From Chrysomallon squamiferum (taxonomy: Eukaryota; Animalia; Mollusca): a DNA stretch of 64,000 bases. Positions 51,726-64,000 of the stretch are shown piece by piece. Location: assembly GCA_012295275.1 (NCBI GenBank), contig CM022670.1, forward strand, positions 32,364,001 through 32,428,000, read 5' to 3'. The notes under the pieces were generated by a model. The model saw only the letters and a program-made list of their open reading frames with translations, did no database searches and was not told the origin of the DNA. The first letter of the stretch is position 1; each line of letters opens with the position of its first letter. A program made the position numbers and the translations under genes.

Positions 51726-54700
51726 AATGCATGCATATATTTGATTACTAAAACACTTAAAAAATATATTATGAAAGGAACAGTGTACACTGAAATATAA
51801 ATGATCAAACTTTTAAATATATCAGTGAACACTTCTCATGCAAGGTTGGTAACTCTAAATATATCGATGAACACCTCTCACCCAAGGGCAGTAACTCTAA
51901 ATACATCAGTGAACACTTCTCACGTAAGGGAGTTAACTCTAAATATATCAGCGAACACCTCTCACACAAGAGCAGTAATACATGTTTGTATGTACGTATT
52001 TGATATGTACAGGTTTCAAAAATGCATGCATGGAAGCATATGTATTGTCTCTTCTATATAGAATTATGACAAATATATTGCTAAAACACTTAAAAAATAA
52101 ATTATGACAAGAACAGTGCACACTGAAATCTAAATGATCAAACTTCTAAATATCACAGTGAACACTTCTCATTCAAGGTTGGTAACACTAAATATATTGG
52201 TGAACACCTCTCACCCAAGGGCATTAACTCTAAATACATCAGTGAACACTTCTCACTCAAGGAAGGTAACTCTAAATATATCGGTGAACACGTCTCATGT
52301 AACTGTGGTAACTCTAAATACATCAGTGAACACTTCTCACTCAAGGGCAGTAACTCATGTTTGTATGTACATATGTGATATGTATAGGTATGAAAAATAC
52401 ATGTATGCAAGCATATATATTGTCTGTTATATATAGAATTATGACAAATATATTTGATGGCTAATACACTTGAAAAATAAATTATGACAAGAACAGTGCA
52501 CACTGAAATCTAAATGATCAAACTTTTAAATATATCAGTGAACACTTCTCATGCAAGGTTGGTAACTCTAAATATATCGGTGAACACCTCTCACCCAAGG
52601 GCATTAACTCTAAATACATCAGTGAACACTTCTCACTCAAGGAAGGTAACTCTAAATATATCGGTGAACACCTCTCATGTAAGGGCTGTAACTCTAAATA
52701 CATCAGTGAACACTTCTCACTCAAGGGCAGTAACTCATGTTTGTATGTACATATGTGATATGTATAGGTATGAAAAATACATGTATGCAAGCATATTTAT
52801 TGTCTGTTATATATAGAATTATGACAAATATATTTGATGGCTAATAGACTTGAAAAATAAATTATGACAAGAACAGTGCACACTGAAATATAAATGATCA
52901 AACTTTTAAATATATCAGTGAACACTTCTCATGCAAGGTTAGTAACTAAATACATCAGTGAACACCTCTCACTCAAGCAGTAACTCATGTTTCTATGTAC
53001 ATGTGTGATATGTATATATATATGAAAATGCATGCATGGAAGCATACATATTGTCTCTTCTATATAGAATTATGACAAATATATTTTGCTAAAACACTTA
53101 AAAAATAAATTATGACAAGAACAGTGCACACTGAAATATAAATGATCAAACTTTTAAATATATCAGTGAACACTTCTCATGCAAGGTTGGTAACTCTAAA
53201 TATATCGGTGAACACCTCTCACCCAAGGGCATTAACTCTAAATACATCAGTGAACACTTCTCATGCAAGGTTAGTAACTAAATACATCAGTGAACACCTC
53301 TCACTCAAGAGCAGTAACTCATGTTTCTATGTACATGTGGGATATGTATATATATATGAAAAATGCATGCATGGAATCATATGTATTGTCTCTTCTATAT
53401 AGAATTATGACAAATATATTGCTAAAACATTTAAAAAATAAATTATGACAAGAACAGTGCACACTGAAATCTAAATGATCAAACTTTTAAATATATCAGT
53501 GAACACTTCTCATTCAGGGTTGGTAACACTAAATATATCGGTGAACACCTCTCACCCAAGGGCATTAACTCTAAATACATCAGTGAACACTTCTCACTCA
53601 AGGAAGGTAACTCTAAATATATCGGTGAACACCTCTCATGTAAGGGTTGTAACTCTAAATACATCAGTGAACACTTCTCACTCAAGGGCAGTAACTCATG
53701 TTTGTATGTACATATGTGATATGTATAGGTATGAAAAATACATGTATGCAAGCATATTTATTGTCTGTTATATATAGAATTATGACAAATATATTTGATG
53801 GCTAATACACTTGAAAAATAAATTATGACAAGAACAGTGCACACTGAAATATAAATGATCAAACTTTTAAATATATCAGTGAACACTTCTCATGCAAGGT
53901 TAGTAACTAAATACATCAGTGAACACCTCTCACTCAAGAGCAGTAACTCATGTTTCTATGTACATGTGTGATATGTATATATATATGAAAAATGCATGCA
54001 TGGAAGCATATGTATTGTCTCTTCTATATAGAATTATGACAAATATATTGCTAAAACATTTAAAAAATAAATTATGACAAGAACAGTGCACACTGAAATC
54101 TAAATGATCAAACTTCTAAATATCACAGTGAACACTTCTCATTCAGGGTTGGTAACACTAAATATATTGGTGAACACCTCTCACCCAAGGGCATTAACTC
54201 TAAATACATCAGTGAACACTTCTCACTCAAGGAAGGTAACTCTAAATATATCGGTGAACACCTCTCATGTAAGGGTTGTAACTCTAAATACATCAGTGAA
54301 CACTTCTCACTCAAGGGCAGTAACTCATGTTTGTATGTACATATGTGATATGTATAGGTATGAAAAATACATGTATGCAAGCATATTTATTGTCTGTTAT
54401 ATATAGAATTATGACAAATATATTTGATGGCTAATACACTTGAAAAATAAATTATGACAAGAACAGTGCACACTGAAATATAAATGATCAAACTTTTAAA
54501 TATATCAGTGAACACTTCTCATGCAAGGTTATAACTAAATACATCAGTGAACACCTCTCACTCAAGAGCAGTAACTCATGTTTCTATGTACATGTGTGAT
54601 ATGTATATATATATGAAAAATGCATGCATGGAATCATATGTATTGTCTCTTCTATATAGAATTATGACAAATATATTGCTAAAACATTTAAAAAATAAAT

Positions 54701-57700
54701 TATGACAAGAACAGTGCACACTGAAATCTAAATGATCAAACTTTTTTAAATATATCAGTGAACACTTCTCATGCAAGGTTGGTAACTCTAAATATATCGG
54801 TGAACACCTCTCACCCAAGGGCATTAACTCTAAATACATCAGTGAACACTTCTCACTCAAGGAAGGTAACTCTAAATATATCGGTGAACACCTCTCATGT
54901 AAGGGTTGTAACTCTAAATACATCAGTGAACACTTCTCACTCAAGGGCAGTAACTCATGTTTGTATGTACATATGTGATATGTATAGGTATGAAAAATAC
55001 ATGTATGCAAGCATATTTATTATTGTCTGTTATATATAGAATTATGACAAATATATTTGATGGCTAATACACTTGAAAAATAAATTATGACAAGAACAGT
55101 GCACACTGAAATCTAAATGATCAAACTTTTAAATATATCAGTGAACACTTCTCATTCAGGGTTGGTAACACTAAATATATTGGTGAACACCTCTCACCCA
55201 AGGGCATTAACTCTAAATACATCAGTGAACACTTCTCACTCAAGGAAGGTAACTCTAAATATATCGGTGAACACCTCTCATGTAAGGGTTGTAACTCTAA
55301 ATACATCAGTGAACACTTCTCACTCAAGGGCAGTAACTCATGTTTGTATGTACATATGTGATATGTATAGGTATGAAAAATACATGTATGCAAGCATATT
55401 TATTGTCTGTTATATATAGAATTATGACAAATATATTTGATGGCTAATACACTTGAAAAATAAATTATGACAAGAACAGTGCACACTGAAATATAAATGA
55501 TCAAACTTTTAAATATATCAGTGAACACTTCTCATGCAAGGTTAGTAACTAAATACATCAGTGAACACCTCTCACTCAAGAGCAGTAACTCATGTTTCTA
55601 TGTACATGTGTGATATGTATATATATATATATATGAAAAATGCATGCATGGAAGCATATGTATTGTCTCTTCTATATAGAATTATGACAAATATATTGCT
55701 AAAACACTTAAAAAATAAATTATGACAAGAACAGTGCACACTGAAATCTAAATGATCAAACTTCTAAATATCACAGTGAACACTTCTCATTCAGGGTTGG
55801 TAACACTAAATATATTGGTGAACACCTCTCACCCAAGGGCATTAACTCTAAATACATCAGTGAACACTTCTCACTCAAGGAAGGTAACTCTAAATATATC
55901 GGTGAACACCTCTCATGTAAGGGTTGTAACTCTAAATACATCAGTGAACACTTCTCACTCAAGGGCAGTAACTCATGTTTGTATGTACATATGTGATATG
56001 TATAGGTATGAAAAAAAATACATGATGCAAGCATATTTATTGTCTGTTATATATAGAATTATGACAAATATATTTGATGGCTAATACACTTGAAAAATAA
56101 ATTATGACAAGAACAGTGCACACTGAAATATAAATGATCAAACTTTTAAATATATCAGTGAACACTTCTCATGCAAGGTTAGTAACTAAATACATCAGTG
56201 AACACCTCTCACTCAAGAGCAGTAACTCATGTTTCTATGTACACATGTATGATATATATATATATATGAAAAATGCATGCATGGAATCATATGTATTGTC
56301 TCTTCTATATAGAATTATGACAAATATATTGCTAAAACATTTAAAAAATAAATTATGACAAGAACAGTGCACACTGAAATCTAAATGATCAAACTTTTAA
56401 ATATATCAGTGAACACTTCTCATGCAAGGTTGGTAACTCTAAATATATCGGTGAACACCTCTCACCCAAGGGCATTAACTCTAAATACATCAGTGAACAC
56501 TTCTCACTCAAGGAAGGTAACTCTAAATATATCGGTGAACACCTCTCATGTAAGGGTTGTAACTCTAAATACATCAGTGAACACTTCTCACTCAAGGGCA
56601 GTAACTCATGTTTGTATGTACATATGTGATATGTATAGGTATGAAAAATACATGTATGCAAGCATATTTATTGTCTGTTATATATAGAATTATGACAAAT
56701 ATATTTGATGGCTAATACACTTGAAAAATAAATTATGACAAGAACAGTGCACACTGAAATATAAATGATCAAACTTTTAAATATATCAGTGAACACTTCT
56801 CATGCAAGGTTAGTAACTAAATACATCAGTGAACACCTCTCACTCAAGAGCAGTAACTCATGTTTCTATGTACATGTGTGATATGTATATATATATATGA
56901 AAAATGCATGCATGGAATCATATGTATTGTCTCTTCTATATAGAATTATGACAAATATATTGCTTAAACATTTAAAAAATAAATTATGACAAGAACAGTG
57001 CACACTGAAATCTAAATGATCAAACTTTTAAATATATCAGTGAACACTTCTCATTCAGGGTTGGTAACTCTAAATATATTGGTGAACACCTCTCACCCAA
57101 GGGCATTAACTCTAAATACATCAGTGAACACTTCTCACTCAAGGAAGGTAACTCTAAATATATCGGTGAACACCTCTCATGTAAGGGTTGTAACTCTAAA
57201 TACATCAGTGAACACTTCTCACTCAAGGGCAGTAACTCATGTTTGTATGTACATATGTGATATGTATATAGGTATGAAAAATACATGTATGCAAGCATAT
57301 TTATTGTCTGTTATATATAGAATTATGACAAATATATTTGATGGCTAATACACTTGAAAAATAAATTATGACAAGAACAGTGCACACTGAAATATAAATG
57401 ATCAAACTTTTAAATATATCAGTGAACACTTCTCATGCAAGGTTAGTAACTAAATACATCAGTGAACACCTCTCACTCAAGAGCAGTAACTCATGTTTCT
57501 ATGTACATGTGTGATATGTATATATATATATATATGAAAAATGCATGCATGGAATCATATGTATTGTCTCTTCTATATAGAATTATGACAAATATATTGC
57601 TAAAACACTTAAAAAATAAATTATGACAAGAACAGTGCACACTGAAATCTAAATGATCAAACTTTTAAATATATCAGTGAACACTTCTCATGCAAGGTTG

Positions 57701-60700
57701 GTAACTCTAAATATATCGGTGAACACCTCTCACCCAAGGGCATTAACTCTAAATACATCAGTGAACACTTCTCACTCAAGGAAGGTAACTCTAAATATAT
57801 CGGTGAACACCTCTCATGTAAGGGTTGTAACTCTAAATACATCAGTGAACACTTCTCACTCAAGGGCAGTAACTCATGTTTGTATGTACATATGTGATAT
57901 GTATAGGTATGAAAAATACATGTATGCAAGCATATTTATTGTCTGTTATATATAGAATTATGACAAATATATTTGATGGCTAATACACTTGAAAAATAAA
58001 TTATGACAAGAACAGTGCACACTGAAATCTAAATGATCAAACTTTTAAATATATCAGTGAACACTTCTCATTCAGGGTTGGTAACACTAAATATATCGGT
58101 GAACACCTCTCACCCAAGGGCATTAACTCTAAATACATCAGTGAACACTTCTCACTCAAGGAAGGTAACTCTAAATATATCGGTGAACACCTCTCATGTA
58201 AGGGTTGTAACTCTAAATACATCAGTGAACACTTCTCACTCAAGGGCAGTAACTCATGTTTGTATGTACATATGTGATATGTATAGGTATGAAAAATACA
58301 TGTATGCAAGCATATTTATTGTCTGTTATATATAGAATTATGACAAATATATTTGATGGCTAATACACTTGAAAAATAAATTATGACAAGAACAGTGCAC
58401 ACTGAAATATAAATGATCAAACTTTTAAATATATCAGTGAACACTTCTCATGCAAGGTTAGTAACTAATACATCAGTGAACACCTCTCACTCAAGAGCAG
58501 TAACTCATGTTTCTATGTACATGTGATGATATATATATATATATGAAAAATGCATGCATGGAATCATATGTATTGTCTCTTCTATATAGAATTATGACAA
58601 ATATATTGCTAAAACACTTAAAAAATAAATTATGACAAGAACAGTGCACACTGAAATCTAAATGATCAAACTTCTAAATATCACAGTGAACACTTCTCAT
58701 TCAGGGTTGGTAACACTAAATATATTGGTGAACACCTCTCACCCAAGGGCATTAACTCTAAATACATCAGTGAACACTTCTCACTCAAGGAAGGTAACTC
58801 TAAATATATCGGTGAACACCTCTCATGTAAGGGTTGTAACTCTAAATACATCAGTGAACACTTCTCACTCAAGGGCAGTAACTCATGTTTGTATGTACAT
58901 ATGTGATATGTATAGGTATGAAAAATACATGTATGCAAGCATATTTATTGTCTGTTATATATAGAATTATGATGACAAATATATTTGATGGCTAATACAC
59001 TTGAAAAATAAATTATGACAAGAACAGTGCACACTGAAATATAAATGATCAAACTTTTAAATATATCAGTGAACACTTCTCATGCAAGGTTAGTAACTAA
59101 ATACATCAGTGAACACCTCTCACTCAAGAGCAGTAACTCATGTTTCTATGTACATGTGTGATATGTATATATATATGAAAAATGCATGCATGGAATCATA
59201 TGTATTGTCTCTTCTATATAGAATTATGACAAATATATTGCTAAAACATTTAAAAAATAAATTATGACAAGAACAGTGCACACTGAAATCTAAATGATCA
59301 AACTTTTAAATATATCAGTGAACACTTCTCATGCAAGGTTGGTAACTCTAAATATATCGGTGAACACCTCTCACCCAAGGGCATTAACTCTAAATACATC
59401 AGTGAACACTTCTCACTCAAGGAAGGTAACTCTAAATATATCGGTGAACACCTCTCATGTAAGGGTTGTAACTCTAAATACATCAGTGAACACTTCTCTC
59501 ACTCAAGGGCAGTAACTCATGTTTGTATGTACATATGTGATATGTATAGGTATGAAAAATACATGTATGCAAGCATATTTATTGTCTGTTATATATAGAA
59601 TTATGACAAATATATTTGATGGCTAATACACTTGAAAAATAAATTATGACAAGAACAGTGCACACTGAAATCTAAATGATCAAACTTTTAAATATATCAG
59701 TGAACACTTCTCATTCAGGGTTGGTAACACTAAATATATTGGTGAACACCTCTCACCCAAGGGCATTAACTCTAAATACATCAGTGAACACTTCTCACTC
59801 AAGGAAGGTAACTCTAAATATATCGGTGAACACCTCTCATGTAAGGGTTGTAACTCTAAATACATCAGTGAACACTTCTCACTCAAGGGCAGTAACTCAT
59901 GTTTGTATGTACATATGTGATATGTATAGGTATGAAAAATACATGTATGCAAGCATATTTATTGACAAATCTGTTATATATAGAATATGAATTATGACAA
60001 ATATATTTGATGGCTAATACACTTGGTAAAAAAATAAATTATGACAAGAACAGTGCACACTGAAATATAAATGATCAAACTTTTAAATATATCAGTGAAC
60101 ACTTCTCATGCAAGGTTAGTAACTAAATACATCAGTGAACACCTCTCACTCAAGAGCAGTAACTCATGTTTCTATGTACATGTGTGATATGTATATATAT
60201 ATGAAAAATGCATGCATGGAAGCATATGTATTGTCTCTTCTATATAGAATTATGACAAATATATTGCTAAAACATTTAAAAAATAAATTATGACAAGAAC
60301 AGTGCACACTGAAATCTAAATGATCAAACTTTTAAATATATCAGTGAACACTTCTCATGCAAGGTTGGTAACTCTAAATATATCGGTGAACACCTCTCAC
60401 CCAAGGGCATTAACTCTAAATACATCAGTGAACACTTCTCACTCAAGGAAGGTAACTCTAAATATATCGGTGAACACCTCTCATGTAAGGGCTGTAACTC
60501 TAAATACATCAGTGAACACTTCTCACTCAAGGGCAGTAACTCATGTAACTCATGTTTGTATATGTATATATGTGATATGTATAGGTATGAAAAATACATG
60601 TATGCAAGCATATTTATTGTCTGTTATATATAGAATTATGACAAATATATTTGATGGCTAATACACTTGAAAAATAAATTATGACAAGAACAGTGCACAC

Positions 60701-63700
60701 TGAAATCTAAATGATCAAACTTTTAAATATATCAGTGAACACTTCTCATTCAGGGTTGGTAACACTAAATATATCGGTGAACACCTCTCACCCAAGGGCA
60801 TTAACTCTAAATACATCAGTGAACACTTCTCACTCAAGGAAGGTAACTCTAAATATATCGGTGAACACCTCTCATGTAAGGGTTGTAACTCTAAATACAT
60901 CAGTGAACACTTCTCACTCAAGGGCAGTAACTCAGTTATGTATGTACATATGTGATATGTATAGGTATGAAAAATACATGTATGCAAGCATATTTATTGT
61001 CTGTTATATATAGAATTATGACAAATATATTTGATGGCTAATACACTTGAAAAATAAATTATGACAAGAACAGTGCACACTGAAATATAAATGATCAAAC
61101 TTTTAAATATATCAGTGAACACTTCTCATGCAAGGTTAGTAACTAAATACATCAGTGAACACCTCTCACTCAAGAGCAGTAACTCATGTTTCTATGTACA
61201 TGTGTGATATGTATATATATATGAAAAATGCATGCATGGAAGCATATGTATTGTCTCTTCTATATAGAATTATGACAAATATATTGCTAAAACACTTAAA
61301 AAATAAATTATGACAAGAACAGTGCACACTGAAATCTAAATGATCAAACTTCTAAATATCACAGTGAACACTTCTCATTCAGGGTTGGTAACACTAAATA
61401 TATTGGTGAACACCTCTCACCCAAGGGCATTAACTCTAAATACATCAGTGAACACTTCTCACTCAAGGAAGGTAACTCTAAATATATCGGTGAACACCTC
61501 TCATGTAAGGGTTGTAACTCTAAATACATCAGTGAACACTTCTCACTCAAGGGCAGTAACTCATGTTTGTATGTACATATGTGATATGTATAGGTATGAA
61601 AAATACATGTATGCAAGCATATTTATTGTCTGTTATATATAGAATTATGACAAATATATTTGATGGCTAATACACTTGAAAAATAAATTATGACAAGAAC
61701 AGTGCACACTGAAATATAAATGATCAAACTTTTAAATATATCAGTGAACACTTCTCATGCAAGGTTAGTAACTAAATACATCAGTGAACACCTCTCACTC
61801 AAGAGCAGTAACTCATGTTTCTATGTACATGTGGGATATGTATATATATATGAAAAATGCATGCATGGAATCATATGTATTGTCTCTTCTATATAGAATT
61901 AATGAAAATATATTGCTAAAACATTTAAAAAATAAATTATGACAAGAACAGTGCACACTGAAATCTAAATGATCAAACTTTTAAATATATCAGTGAACAC
62001 TTCTCATGCAAGGTTGGTAACTCTAAATATATCGGTGAACACCTCTCACCCAAGGGCATTAACTCTAAATACATCAGTGAACACTTCTCACTCAAGGAAG
62101 GTAACTCTAAATATATCGGTGAACACCTCTCATGTAAGGGTTGTAACTCTAAATACATCAGTGAACACTTCTCACTCAAGGGCAGTAACTCATGTTTGTA
62201 TGTACATATGTGATATGTATAGGTATGAAAAATACATGTATGCAAGCATATTTATTGTCTGTTATATATAGAATTATGACAAATATATTTGATGGCTAAT
62301 ACACTTGAAAAATAAATTATGACAAGAACAGTGCACACTGAAATATAAATGATCAAACTTGAAAAAAATATATCTTTTTTAAATATATCAGTGAACAGAA
62401 CAGTGCACACTGAAATATAAATGATCAAACTTTTAAATATATCAGTGAACACTTCTCATGCAAGGTTAGTAACTAAATACATCAGTGAACACCTCTCACT
62501 CAAGAGCAGTAACTCATGTTTCTATGTACATGTGTGATATGTATATATATATGAAAAATGCATGCATGGAAGCATATGTATTGTCTCTTCTATATAGAAT
62601 TATGACAAATATATTGCTAAAACATTTAAAAAATAAATTATGACAAGAACAGTGCACACTGAAATCTAAATGATCAAACTTTTAAATATATCAGTGAACA
62701 CTTCTCATTCAGGGTTGGTAACACTAAATATATTGGTGAACACCTCTCACCCAAGGGCATTAACTCTAAATACATCAGTGAACACTTCTCACTCAAGGAA
62801 GGTAACTCTAAATATATCGGTGAACACCTCTCATGTAAGGGTTGTAACTCTAAATACATCAGTGAACACTTCTCACTCAAGGGCAGTAACTCATGTTTGT
62901 ATGTACATATGTGATATGTATAGGTATGAAAAATACATGTATGCAAGCATATTTATTGTCTGTTATATATAGAATTATGACAAATATATTTGATATAAAA
63001 TACATTTTGGCTAATACACTTGAAAAATAAATTATGACAAGAACAGTGCACACTGAAATATAAATGATCAAACTTTTAAATATATCAGTGAACACTTCTC
63101 ATGCAAGGTTAGTAACTAAATACATCAGTGAACACCTCTCACTCAAGAGCAGTAACTCATGTTTCTATGTACATGTGGGATATGTATATATATATGAAAA
63201 ATGCATGCATGGAATCATATGTATTGTCTCTTCTATATAGAATTATGACAAATATATTGCTAAAACATTTAAAAAATAAATTATGACAAGAACAGTGCAC
63301 ACTGAAATCTAAATGATCAAACTTTTAAATATATCAGTGAACACTTCTCATGCAAGGTTGGTAACTCTAAATATATCGGTGAACACCTCTCACCCAAGGG
63401 CATTAACTCTAAATACATCAGTGAACACTTCTCACTCAAGGAAGGTAACTCTAAATATATCGGTGAACACCTCTCATGTAAGGGTTGTAACTCTAAATAC
63501 ATCAGTGAACACTTCTCACTCAAGGGCAGTAACTCATGTTTGTATGTACATATGTGATATGTATAGGTATGAAAAATACATGTATGCAAGCATATTTATT
63601 GTCTGTTATATATAGAATTATGACAAATATATTTGATGGCTAATACACTTGAAAAATAAATTATGACAAGAACAGTGCACACTGAAATATAAATGATCAA

Positions 63701-64000
63701 ACTTTTAAATATATCAGTGAACACTTCTCATGCAAGGTTAGTAACTAAATACATCAGTGAACACCTCTCACTCAAGAGCAGTAACTCATGTTTCTATGTA
63801 CATGTGTGATATGTATATATATATGAAAAATGCATGCATGGAAGCATATGTATTGTCTCTTCTATATAGAATTATGACAAATATATTGCTAAAACACTTA
63901 AAAAATAAATTATGACAAGAACAGTGCACACTGAAATCTAAATGATCAAACTTTTAAATATATCAGTGAACACTTCTCATTCAGGGTTGGTAACACTAAA
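50885..64000. repeat. Hierarchical tandem satellite (>13 kb, runs past the window end): ~41 monomers, type L (380 bp, five 36-bp subrepeats) and type S (~249 bp, two subrepeats), each with a ~180-200 bp AT-rich body
   Basis: The landmark aatgatcaaactt recurs at 51081, 51285 (variant), 51537, 51801, 52134, 52514, 52894, 53142, 53475 ... 63313, 63693 and 63942. The subrepeat consensus is taactctaaata(c/t)atc(a/g)gtgaacac(t/c)tctcaNNNaagg. Same-type copies are nearly identical. Confidence 0.98.

Noticed and set aside
51537-64000. Repeated ~100-aa ORFs (MIKLLNISVNTSH...) and antisense ~90-aa ORFs as a tandem gene family
   Set aside because: The 36-bp (12-codon) subrepeat keeps both strands open automatically. 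Copies carry frameshifting indels, there are no splice or promoter signals, and the S monomers break the frame.
52134-64000. CRISPR-like array (conserved ~26 bp plus ~10 bp variable segment)
   Set aside because: The variable segments are too short, related to one another and repeated identically in every monomer. There are no cas genes and the context is eukaryotic.

Overview
This is AT-rich, strongly CpG-depleted eukaryotic DNA. Decayed Meta/MESC-type SINEs suggest a mollusc, possibly a gastropod (inference). Most of the window looks like very large introns of one + strand gene. There is a clean internal coding exon at 1044-1216 (phase 0 to 2), a clean ATG-initiated first exon at 27009-27187 (phase 2 donor) and a weaker third candidate ending at 50665 (phase 2 donor). 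This layout fits alternative N-terminal exons spliced to a common downstream exon outside the window, reminiscent of PDE4/dunce (unproven). The introns hold an internally deleted TTAA-flanked Kolobok-type transposon (12888-14817), relics of Tc1, maT/mariner, RTE and I-group LINE elements, many old SINE copies, and mini- and microsatellites. From about 50885 to the window end lies a >13 kb hierarchical satellite of about 41 monomers. Each monomer is a ~200 bp body plus 1-5 copies of a 36 bp subrepeat. The array has two homogenised monomer types (380 bp L, ~249 bp S), higher-order periods, a 1-1-2-3-4-5 subrepeat ladder at its edge and an inverted solo body 4 kb upstream. Nearly all ORFs in the supplied track are artefacts of repeats. 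I found no CRISPR, rRNA or intact tRNA. All calls were made by eye, without database searches.
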